Under the pieces are notes generated by a model that worked only from the letters and a program-made list of their open reading frames with translations, had not been told where the DNA came from and searched no databases. From positions 1 through 64,000 of the forward strand of contig JBAXBA010000001.1 of NCBI GenBank assembly GCA_037142195.1: a stretch of DNA of 64,000 nt. The letters run 5' to 3'. Positions 49,083 through 57,538 of this stretch are shown here, piece after piece (the stretch's first letter is position 1; each line of letters starts with the position of its first letter). A program made the translations under genes and the position numbers. The stretch is from Pseudomonadota bacterium (lineage in GTDB: Bacteria > Bdellovibrionota_B > Oligoflexia > Oligoflexales > CAIMVM01).

Positions 49083-49712
49083 ATGAACTTGCTATTGCTA
49101 CCAAAGCGAATATCTAGGGATTTATTTCCCAAGTTTCCATTGACTCAAATTTTACTTGGTGTTTTGACCCTAACTGGGTGCGGCAGTGTTTCCATAAAGT
49201 CTGCTCCCGATGCCGCTGAGGTTCTTGTTATGATACCCGGGAAGTCTGATCCAAAGGTCTTAGGTAAGACGCCCTATGAGGCGCGCATTTCGGAGCTTGG
49301 GGCAGCAGCCAATGCGGGGCCCATTGTCCTGCAGATCAGAAAGACCGGCTATCACCCGCAGTTTCTCTATGTACCGAATGCCTCTGGAGGAACTATTGAA
49401 TTTTCAACCAATCTCAAGCCAACTGTAATTTCCAACTATTCAGATATCAATCGCATCATTAAGCTAACGCTGCTTGGGGAACGTCAGCTACAAACCAAGC
49501 AACTCGATGAGGCCCTTAAGACAGCCCAAAGTTTAAAACTGATCAATGAAAATATTGCTGTCGCTTGGGATATTGAGGGCGCTGCTTATCTCCTCAAGGG
49601 CGATCGGATAAAAAGCAAATTAGCTTGGGAGCGATCCATTGAAATAGATCCGGAAAACCCGGACACCGCAAAGATGCTCAATCGAATGAATACAACAGAA
49701 AGCACAAAATAG
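49083..49712 (+). CDS. Putative lipoprotein with PEGA-like domain and TPR
   Basis: Lipobox LTGC; VSIKSAPDAAEV...LGKTP...IRKTGY (PEGA-like); AYLLKGD...AWERSIEIDPEN (TPR). Confidence 0.75.
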   Translation: MNLLLLPKRISRDLFPKFPLTQILLGVLTLTGCGSVSIKSAPDAAEVLVMIPGKSDPKVLGKTPYEARISELGAAANAGPIVLQIRKTGYHPQFLYVPNASGGTIEFSTNLKPTVISNYSDINRIIKLTLLGERQLQTKQLDEALKTAQSLKLINENIAVAWDIEGAAYLLKGDRIKSKLAWERSIEIDPENPDTAKMLNRMNTTESTK

Positions 49713-49714
49713 CC

Positions 49715-50374
49715 ATGAAACACTGCGAACAATGCCATTCCAAAACGATATTCCACATGTCTGATCTACTCGTCTTCCTAGTCGCACTATGGCTTATTCC
49801 TTTTACAGCCCTCGGACTCAGCATTGACGGATTAGAAGACAGTCATGCGACATTCCGAATTGGGACTATTTCAGGCGACAAAACAGACTCCAAAATAACC
49901 AGCAAGTTGAAGGGATCCACCTATAATTTTGAATACTCAAGAAACTTTAGCTTCGATATGGCATTTGTTACTGGCTTTAGAGTTGCCGTTGACCCGGCGA
50001 CGAAGCGAGATGTTCTCCACACAAGCTATGCAGGATTTCGACTTTTTCCGCTCGGTATTGGCCTCCCTAGTCTGGTAAGCACAGGGGATGCTATGATCAG
50101 CTACAATTCAAGATTTAAGCCCTACGTCGACGCAAGCCTGGGACTTGGACGACTCGTAATCGACTATGGATCCGCAGGAAGTGCAGAGGTTTCTGCTGCA
50201 GATACCCTTTCCATCTGCTTTGGCGGCGGAGTCATGACCCATTTTTTTAGGCGCTGGGCGATAGACGTTCAAGTTATTTATGAAATCATACAAGCCCGAG
50301 GTGGCAACGAGAACACTCTAGCTGCCAGTGGCACTGGAATTTGGATACAGCTAGGAAATAGCTATCATTTTTAG
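49715..50374 (+). CDS. Small outer-membrane beta-barrel protein
   Basis: Hydrophobic signal segment; amphipathic strands (FKPYVDASLGLG, WAIDVQVIY); C-terminal GNSYHF. Confidence 0.7.
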   Translation: MKHCEQCHSKTIFHMSDLLVFLVALWLIPFTALGLSIDGLEDSHATFRIGTISGDKTDSKITSKLKGSTYNFEYSRNFSFDMAFVTGFRVAVDPATKRDVLHTSYAGFRLFPLGIGLPSLVSTGDAMISYNSRFKPYVDASLGLGRLVIDYGSAGSAEVSAADTLSICFGGGVMTHFFRRWAIDVQVIYEIIQARGGNENTLAASGTGIWIQLGNSYHF

Positions 50375-50396
50375 CTCTAGGAGATTCTTTTAGCGC

Positions 50397-51353
50397 ATGG
50401 CAAAAAAAGAAAACAAGAAACTTGTGGCGCATGAAAAGTCCTCTCATTCTAACCGCCATGATAGTCATGACGAGCACCAAGCACCCCATGAAGAGCACGA
50501 GGAAGGCGAACCTTGGCTCGTCTCCTATGCAGATATGATGACTCTGCTATTTGGATTCTTTGTGGTGATGTATTCCTTTGCATCTAAGAATACTAATAGT
50601 GAAGAGTATGTGAAGATGAAGCTTGAACTGGCATTTTCTGACAAAGGGTCCGTTGAGGGAATGAATATCGTAGAACTCACGGAGCATCTTGTAAAGATCA
50701 TGCGCCAAAATGCTTCCGAGGAAAAGAAAAACCTCCTCTCTGGATTAGGTGAATTAGAAAATGCGAATGCTCCCAAGATGGTAGACACACAACAAGTTTC
50801 AAAAATGGTAGAAAGCCTTAAAATTCTTTTAGCAGGCATTGATAAGGATGTGTTTGAGAAAGACCAAAAGCAGGCTGCAATCTTTGAAGATCTGAAACAA
50901 AACCTCAATGAAAAACTTGGCAATTTTCAGGTGAAAAATGAAGGCCGAAACCCCTACAGTGCCATCACGATTTCACTGGGATTTTCTGACCTTTTGAATC
51001 AAGAAAGCCAAGTAAGCCCCACCGGTAAAACTGTCCTGGATCGAATCATAAGCCACTCCATCAAGATGAGTCCAAACCCCCAAATCAAAGTAGAAGTTTT
51101 TTCAGAGGCCTCGTCAAACCCAAGAAGCGATGTAGCAAAAACTATGGCCATCGCCAATGTCGTGAACCAATATTTATTAAGTAGTGGTCTTGACCCCTCG
51201 CTTTTGGCGTCGGCTGCCTACGGTAGTATGAAACCTCTTGTGGATTACATCGACAAAAATGGCGCCGTCGATAAAATCGCAAGTATCCGAAATAACCGTA
51301 TAATTATTACTATAGAAAAGAGGCTTCTCGAAAAGAATAACCCTAAAATGTAA
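50397..51353 (+). CDS. motB: MotB-family stator subunit with divergent OmpA-like C-terminal domain
   Basis: HEEHEEGEPWLVSYADMMTLLFGFFVVMYS with the conserved Asp; SAAYGSMKPL...RNNRIIITI. Confidence 0.9.
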   Translation: MAKKENKKLVAHEKSSHSNRHDSHDEHQAPHEEHEEGEPWLVSYADMMTLLFGFFVVMYSFASKNTNSEEYVKMKLELAFSDKGSVEGMNIVELTEHLVKIMRQNASEEKKNLLSGLGELENANAPKMVDTQQVSKMVESLKILLAGIDKDVFEKDQKQAAIFEDLKQNLNEKLGNFQVKNEGRNPYSAITISLGFSDLLNQESQVSPTGKTVLDRIISHSIKMSPNPQIKVEVFSEASSNPRSDVAKTMAIANVVNQYLLSSGLDPSLLASAAYGSMKPLVDYIDKNGAVDKIASIRNNRIIITIEKRLLEKNNPKM

Positions 51354-51373
51354 TTCCTAAATGCAAGGGGCCT

Positions 51374-52348
51374 ATGACGAAAGAGTTGATAACCAGGATA
51401 AATAGAAAACATTTACTAGGGATTGTGATAGTAGTACCCCTGCTTTTGTTAGTATTTTATGCAGTAGCCGCAAGATACAAGTCTAGCCGATCTAAATCTG
51501 AAATCACACAGATTCCACCGCCTGACAAAGCCGAGTCAATGGATGCCGACAGCAAAGCTTTCCAAAATACCAAAGCACAAGTTCCCCTTAAAAATGTCAA
51601 CCCCAGTCAGAAAATCTTAGCCCAGCTAAAAGATATTTTTGGCGAGATCCGTGTCAAAAGAGCCTTTTCCGCTACCTGGAACCAAGTTTTTACAGGAGTG
51701 GATCTCTATGACGGAGATCAAGTATATGGAGGATCCGTATCTGCAGCAAAAGTAGTCTATACGCGCGATGGATCCCAGATAAGCCTATCTGGATATTCCC
51801 TTTTACGTATTGCCCAATTGCCTCCTTTAAAGTCAGAATACTCCCGCGGATCCACCACAAACTCGGAGTTTGTTCCTCCAGAAGGGACCACAGAATTTGC
51901 CTATCTCATGAAAGATCCTGGCGGCCAAGCAGTTAAAGCCCCGAAGCTTTCCGATGCCGAGGTGGAGGCCCTAAGACAACGTTCCATAGTTAAGGACAAA
52001 ATCGTAATCTTAGGTCCAGCCGGAAACCTTATGCTTTTTGCTAAGAGCTTTCCAGCCCCGTTAGCGGTGAGGCTTGAGCGGCTTTGGGACAACACCAAAC
52101 TCTGGGCCTATATATGGGATCAAAGCCAATCTGGATCAGCCCCGGTATGGACTGGCCCTTCTAGAGGGTCCTTCTCTAAAGTATTGATTCCAAAGCCTGG
52201 AATCTATTTTTTGGTGATCAAAAGTGAAGATGGCCGTGCTGAGTCACAGATCATGGAAATTGCTGCTTCATTGAGAGTAGAAAAAGAATTCCCAGTTTTA
52301 GGCTTCGATCAACATACACACAAAAACTTGACGGTGGTCTATCAATGA
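51374..52348 (+). CDS. Single-TM protein with FecR-like periplasmic domain
   Basis: TM aa14-32; GEIRVKR...LYDGDQVYGGSVSAAKVVY.RDGSQISLSGYSLLRI matches the FecR-domain pattern. Confidence 0.7.
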   Translation: MTKELITRINRKHLLGIVIVVPLLLLVFYAVAARYKSSRSKSEITQIPPPDKAESMDADSKAFQNTKAQVPLKNVNPSQKILAQLKDIFGEIRVKRAFSATWNQVFTGVDLYDGDQVYGGSVSAAKVVYTRDGSQISLSGYSLLRIAQLPPLKSEYSRGSTTNSEFVPPEGTTEFAYLMKDPGGQAVKAPKLSDAEVEALRQRSIVKDKIVILGPAGNLMLFAKSFPAPLAVRLERLWDNTKLWAYIWDQSQSGSAPVWTGPSRGSFSKVLIPKPGIYFLVIKSEDGRAESQIMEIAASLRVEKEFPVLGFDQHTHKNLTVVYQ

Positions 52349-54558
52349 TAGCAAAAAAAATTCGACATCTTCCCCTGCAGTTTTTCACATCGCTAGCGCG
52401 AATTTTGAACTACTTGCCCCTACGCCATAAATTGGGGCTCATCACTATTCTTTCTACCTTTTTGGTCTGTGGTATCACAGCCTACGTAATTTTGACTAGC
52501 TATGAAAAAGAAAGAGTCACCTATGTATTTGAGACTCACCAACACGCTGTAGAGGCGGCTGCCGCCAATATTAACAGTTCTATACGCGCCAAAATTGCCG
52601 TTTTAAAATTTGATGTCTTAAAAGATATCCCCCCGGGACTGAAAAAAATCCCTGACAGCACGGAAATTATTTTTGACCGAGATCCGACGACTAAGGATTC
52701 TATTGTCTACGCTAGGTCCCCGAATTCAGATCTTATCAAATACAAAATCCCTCGTAATCTCATATTGGACACCCTAAATCAAGTTTCTCATCAAAGGATT
52801 TTAGTTTTGAGCCAAGAAGGCGAAATTCTCGCGGCATCACAAGACAAAAAACCTCAGGGCAAAACAAAGGATGCCATTATTGACTTTATATTCTCGGGCT
52901 CCTTTGTCGAAGGCTCGTCAATGCTAAATCTAAACGGAAAACGTACTGCAGCCAGCCACATGGAAATTAAGGATTCCAATCTGATTGTGCTTGCTCTAAC
53001 AAATATCGACACGATTACAGAAGATCTCCTTAAAACCATCGCTCGGTGGCTATTAATTGCATTGCCAATTTTCATCTCAAGTGCTTTTTTCCAATCATTC
53101 TATGTGGGCAAAATCATGAGGCCTCTCTATAAGCTTATTGATCGATTTACTGAAATTTCTCAGGGAAATTTTGGAGGAAAGGAGCTCGTTGCCGAAGGTG
53201 AATTTCAGACTATTTTGGTTGGGGCGGCCAAAATGCAAACCGCGATCCAGGAAAGAGAGCAACGACTCGCCATCCTTTCCGTGTGTTTAAGGCAACTTAT
53301 GGAGATGAGTCAAAATCGTCGCAAATTTACCGATCATTTTATAATCGTAAACGCGATCGTGGACGCACTCTTACCCTTCTTATCAAGACTAAAGACAACC
53401 CCTATAATTTGGGTGAATCTTGAAAATAAAGCCACGTATTCTCTATCTCTAACCGGCCAAAGGTCCACATTAAAGCCCAACCCAGAAAACGACCTCATTG
53501 ATTTAGATCAATTGAATAGTTTTCGAATGCCTACCATTGAGAGAAGCGACAACCTACCATTTAAAAATTCATTCGAATCTGAGCAGATCTACGTCATGAT
53601 CATTCCTTTTAAACTTGAAGAAGTCACTTTTGGTTGCCTTTTTTTGCCGATAAAATCTGGTTTCTACCACAAAGAACTTGATGAGTTCTCAACCCTAATA
53701 TTTCGCACTGTAGAGGCTATATTTATTGAAAACCACGCCGAAGAAATGAAAGTCAGTTCCCTTCTCATCAGCAATGAACTTGCGCTAGCAAGGTCCATTC
53801 AGGAAAAAACAATCTCAGTACACGGTGAAATCAAGGGCGCTGCTGTAGAATGGCTATTTAATCCCGCCCAGATGGTTGGTGGCGACCTTCTCATGATCTA
53901 TCAATATTCCAAGTGGAATGCCATCGACTTCTATCTAGGTGACGTTACAGGCCACGGGGTTGATTCCGCATTTCATACATCCTTAGTCGCTGGAGCCATC
54001 GAATTCTATGAAGGCCAAGTAGGCAGGCAGATAGAACTTGCGGAAGACTTTAAAAATGGAAAGGACCTTTCCTCACTTTCAAAAATCCTTAGTGACCTTT
54101 TGATCAATAAAGGAAGTGGCAAATTTATGAGTCTTTGCGCCGGCACTTTATTTGCAAATACCGGCGAGATGATTTTTGTACTAGCGGGTCATCCACCCCC
54201 CATTATATTAGATTGCAACTTTAACCTTAAGAATATTTCTTCTAATTCCAAATCTTGTGGTCTTATTGGAGAGCACGACTTCCCAGAAGATCCTGAACTA
54301 TTTAGAATTCAACTTGCTAAAGGTGACTCCGTGCTCCTCTATACAGACGGTCTTTTAGAAAATGCGACAAATTCTGCTGGCTCAAGTCTAAATCGCAAAA
54401 AGTTAAGTAAAAAACTCGGTGAACTCTACAAACTCCGTCTCGCCGGTGGCATTGAACCAGGGCAACTTCCGCAAGTTTTGATGGACTGGACAAAACAAGA
54501 ATACGATGCGTATCAAATGAACGACGATGTTGCGATCCTTGTGATTCACTATGCATAG
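52345..54558 (+). CDS. Membrane-bound PP2C/SpoIIE (RsbU-like) phosphatase with periplasmic sensor and HAMP domain
   Basis: Two TM helices, HAMP (IMRPLYKL...ISQGNF), ELALARSIQ, VGGDL, LGDVTGHGV, AGHPPP, LYTDGLLE, DDVAILV. Confidence 0.9.
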   Translation: MIAKKIRHLPLQFFTSLARILNYLPLRHKLGLITILSTFLVCGITAYVILTSYEKERVTYVFETHQHAVEAAAANINSSIRAKIAVLKFDVLKDIPPGLKKIPDSTEIIFDRDPTTKDSIVYARSPNSDLIKYKIPRNLILDTLNQVSHQRILVLSQEGEILAASQDKKPQGKTKDAIIDFIFSGSFVEGSSMLNLNGKRTAASHMEIKDSNLIVLALTNIDTITEDLLKTIARWLLIALPIFISSAFFQSFYVGKIMRPLYKLIDRFTEISQGNFGGKELVAEGEFQTILVGAAKMQTAIQEREQRLAILSVCLRQLMEMSQNRRKFTDHFIIVNAIVDALLPFLSRLKTTPIIWVNLENKATYSLSLTGQRSTLKPNPENDLIDLDQLNSFRMPTIERSDNLPFKNSFESEQIYVMIIPFKLEEVTFGCLFLPIKSGFYHKELDEFSTLIFRTVEAIFIENHAEEMKVSSLLISNELALARSIQEKTISVHGEIKGAAVEWLFNPAQMVGGDLLMIYQYSKWNAIDFYLGDVTGHGVDSAFHTSLVAGAIEFYEGQVGRQIELAEDFKNGKDLSSLSKILSDLLINKGSGKFMSLCAGTLFANTGEMIFVLAGHPPPIILDCNFNLKNISSNSKSCGLIGEHDFPEDPELFRIQLAKGDSVLLYTDGLLENATNSAGSSLNRKKLSKKLGELYKLRLAGGIEPGQLPQVLMDWTKQEYDAYQMNDDVAILVIHYA

Positions 54559-55207
54559 AGTACAGCGTCTCTGATATAACAACGGATACTCAACTCTAAA
54601 TTGGTTGAGGGACAGTTTTAGCAGTGATACAAGTTTCTATTTAGATGTTGGCTACTTTTAAATATTTCTAGAGGATTCCTTAGTCAAACCAACTCGCCTC
54701 CCGATGATAATAGCGAATGTCCCTCGGAGCTCTGGTTATAGATAGTGGAGCATGCTATTCCCCTATTTCCATCATTAAGATCTCCGCGATATTTTTCGGT
54801 AGCTCTATACCCATCTGATTAAAAATAAAATTGGCATAGATTCCCAATGAATTTCAGGACACTTATTTTCCATATCAAAAACAGTAATAGTTGCAGTTAC
54901 TCTATTCCTTTAACACGTCGAGTATTCGGATTAAGTATTTATATTATAAAAATTTTTTGGCTTATAGATTTCTCACTTAAATGCACAAATATAATAGATT
55001 TATTATTTTATAACATTGGGTATCTCCTCCTTGAGGAACTCACTTCACATACTAGATTTTCTGACTTAAAACACATTAGACATTTTTGGGGGACGTTTCT
55101 TTACTGCAACTTTAGGGGAATAATTCTTTCTACAGCTTTACTTAAATTTTAATAAGCAAAACATTGTGATTTTTAGATACAAGGTAGAAAAAATTCCGAT
55201 CAAATAT

Positions 55208-55236
55208 TTGACTTAAAACTTACTGGAATATATGGT
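55208..55236 (+). promoter_or_regulatory. Candidate sigma70 promoter of the RiPP precursor gene
   Basis: TTGACT-N17-TATGGT, 29 nt before ATG 55266. Confidence 0.45.
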
Positions 55237-55265
55237 TATTGGCACAATATAAATTGGGAGTTCTT

Positions 55266-55619
55266 ATGAAAATGAATTTTGGACTATTCACAGCGACTGC
55301 ACTTACAGCAATTATGGCGGGCGCAAACGTTGCAAATTCGGCACCAGAACTTGTAGACGGACACTACTGTGCTAACAATTCGTGTAAAGGAAAGTCAGAT
55401 TGCGGCGGCATGGGCAACAACAACGGCTGCATGGGCAAAAATGAATGTAAGGGTAAAGGTTTTTTAACGGCCGCATCTGCAGCTGATTGCAAAAAGGCTG
55501 GCGGCAAATGGGCCGCTGCTTCAGAGCCAAAAATGGACGGTGAAGCAGCTGCTCCTAAAGACGCAGCTCACGCACTTCCTAAAGACGCTGCACATGCAGC
55601 TCCCAAAAAGAAGAAATAG
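55266..55619 (+). CDS. Exported Cys-rich RiPP precursor, bufferin BufA2-like
   Basis: Signal peptide; CANNSCKGKSDCGGMGNNNGCMGKNECKGKGF...CKKAGGKW; immediately upstream of a DUF692 gene. Confidence 0.82.
   Translation: MKMNFGLFTATALTAIMAGANVANSAPELVDGHYCANNSCKGKSDCGGMGNNNGCMGKNECKGKGFLTAASAADCKKAGGKWAAASEPKMDGEAAAPKDAAHALPKDAAHAAPKKKK
55554..55601 (+). repeat. Imperfect 24-bp tandem repeat encoding PKDAAHA[L/A] twice
   Basis: CCTAAAGACGCAGCTCACGCACTT / CCTAAAGACGCTGCACATGCAGCT. Confidence 0.8.
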
Positions 55620-55640
55620 TCGATTTTTTTCGCTCATGAT

Positions 55641-55672
55641 AGAAGCTCTCAGTGTAATTCTGGGAGTTTTTT
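55641..55672 (+). terminator. Terminator-like hairpin between precursor and maturase genes
   Basis: AGAAGCTCTCAG-tgtaatt-CTGGGAGTTTTT stem (several G-U pairs) followed by a T run. Confidence 0.55.
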
Positions 55673-55731
55673 GTTATTTGATTCCTAGTTATTTTTTGTT
55701 TTTATCTAATTGTGGTTCGTTGGAGGTTTAC

Positions 55732-57402
55732 ATGACTGGATTAGGCCTAGGCTTTAGACCTACTCATTATAAAGACATTATTGAATCCAAACCCGAATTG
55801 GATTTTGTAGAAATTATATCTGAGAATTTCATGGCCGTGGGTGGTAATGCCAGGAGAAGATTGGATCAAGTTAGAGATTTGTACCCAGTAGCTATGCATG
55901 GGGTGAGCCTGTCTATCGGAAGTGAAGATATGCTCGACATGCACTACCTTAGGGAGTTGAAAAAGCTAAGTGATTGGCTTCAACCGTTTGTTATAAGTGA
56001 TCATCTTTGTTTTACAAAGAATTCGGCCGGCAAGCCGATCTATGATCTTCTTCCTATTGCTTATACCACTAAGTCCTTAGAGCATCTGGTATCGCGAGTT
56101 CGCCAAGTCCAAGACTTCCTAGGACGATCTATTTTGCTAGAAAATCCTAGTGCCTACTTGGCTTGGCAAGGTTCGAATCTATCTGAAGTAGGTTTTCTAA
56201 AGGAACTTTGTAAACGAAGTGGTTGTGGAATTTTGTTGGATTTGAATAATTTGGTCGTAAATCAAAAAAATTTGGGCCTTGATCCCGTGGAATATTTGCT
56301 CGAGCTCGGACCTGAAGTACGGCAATTTCACATTGCTGGGCATAAAATTTCAGAAGGCATTCGAATAGATACCCACGATGAGCCCGTAAGCGATGAAGTG
56401 TGGGATTTGTTGGAAATTGCCAAGGACAAATGGCCGGACGTACCAGTCCTTCTAGAAAGAGACGATAATATTCCACCCTTAGCCGAACTTTTAGAGGAAC
56501 TTAGATTTGCGAGAGATGTGGTGTCAAAGCCATCGAAGCACAGAAGTCTAAGTACGAAGTCATCTTCTGGCATTTCCTTATATTTAGCCGATGTGGACAG
56601 CAGCCCGACCAATCTGGAAATTTTGACCGATGAAATTTTTTTAGGCCAGGATATTGATTCTAAAGTCTTAGATGCAAATTTCCTGTGTGATTTGACTACA
56701 TCCAGCACGTTGGGGATGAATACCTATAAATATGCCTATTTTGAACGCATTGAAAGCGCCTTAAAAGATACTTTCAAAATTCTTTTTTATATCGCAGAAG
56801 ATGATGGATTTAGAGCGATTGTGAATCATTATTTGACTCACCGAAAGTCAAAGCATTGGTCTTTAAATTTCATCGGTGATGAACTTGCCAGGACGCTAAG
56901 GGATTTTCAACTCGATTTTGATTTCGGAGTCCCTCAGGCTCTTATGGCCCAGATCGCAGAATTGGATCAATTCCAAATGGAAACTTTTTTGGCGCCAGAT
57001 TCTCAAATCTTGGTACCTGAATTACTTAAGAATTTGCGGCCACATGAACTTGAGGAATTAAGGGTCGGCCTTGCTCCTTCCTCCCGTTTTACATCACAAG
57101 GATGGAGTTTGAAACGCTTGGCACAGGAAGTGGCAAATTCTCTCCCGCCATCTATTCCCCTGGCTTCGCCTACTTTTTTAGCGATAACTCGCAAGAATTT
57201 TCAGCCGATGATTTCAGAGCTCTCCAGTTCTCAGTTTAGGTTGATCGAAGACATCAAATCAGAATCCATTTTTAGGAATGTCATAGGTCATGATATGAAT
57301 AGACTTTCTGATTTTGTCTTCCTAGCCGAGATAGGCGCGTTTGTAAGACTTACAGATGAGACTGCTTTTGTCAGATCTTCAGGTGCAACCGAGCCCTCAT
57401 AA
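55732..57402 (+). CDS. DUF692 multinuclear non-heme iron oxidase (BufB-like) fused to a DUF2063-like partner (BufC-like)
   Basis: GLGLGFR, EIISENFM, HGVSLSIG, SDHLC, DLLP, LENPS, LLDLNN, HIAGH, IDTHD, LLERDDNIPP; C-terminal YKYAYFERIESALKDTF...F...Y...W.LN..G..L. GGAGG SD before ATG 55732. Confidence 0.9.
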   Translation: MTGLGLGFRPTHYKDIIESKPELDFVEIISENFMAVGGNARRRLDQVRDLYPVAMHGVSLSIGSEDMLDMHYLRELKKLSDWLQPFVISDHLCFTKNSAGKPIYDLLPIAYTTKSLEHLVSRVRQVQDFLGRSILLENPSAYLAWQGSNLSEVGFLKELCKRSGCGILLDLNNLVVNQKNLGLDPVEYLLELGPEVRQFHIAGHKISEGIRIDTHDEPVSDEVWDLLEIAKDKWPDVPVLLERDDNIPPLAELLEELRFARDVVSKPSKHRSLSTKSSSGISLYLADVDSSPTNLEILTDEIFLGQDIDSKVLDANFLCDLTTSSTLGMNTYKYAYFERIESALKDTFKILFYIAEDDGFRAIVNHYLTHRKSKHWSLNFIGDELARTLRDFQLDFDFGVPQALMAQIAELDQFQMETFLAPDSQILVPELLKNLRPHELEELRVGLAPSSRFTSQGWSLKRLAQEVANSLPPSIPLASPTFLAITRKNFQPMISELSSSQFRLIEDIKSESIFRNVIGHDMNRLSDFVFLAEIGAFVRLTDETAFVRSSGATEPS

Positions 57403-57538
57403 CCGTCTAATAATTTTCTTTTGTCGCCTATGCGGGTCCGTTTGTGGCTCGTCTGTTTACTTTTACATATTTTTTTGGTTCTATTTATTTTCACTTGCCA
57501 TCTTTGATTACCAAGATTGGCTTCCCCTTAGTTAGGGA

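Noticed and set aside
46161..51353. Zorya (ZorAB) anti-phage system or ExbBD/TolQR as the explanation for the MotA/MotB genes
   Set aside because: MotA is 261 aa with flagellar-type motifs and no long ZorA tail; there are no ZorC/D/E-like genes; MotB has the W..SYAD flagellar-type TM rather than an ExbD/TolR pattern.
54847..55152. 101-aa ORF in the AT-rich region
   Set aside because: No SD or recognisable motif; composition fits AT-rich intergenic DNA.
55540..55731. N-terminal extension of the DUF692 ORF
   Set aside because: It overlaps the precursor gene and the hairpin; family similarity and a GGAGG SD start at ATG 55732.
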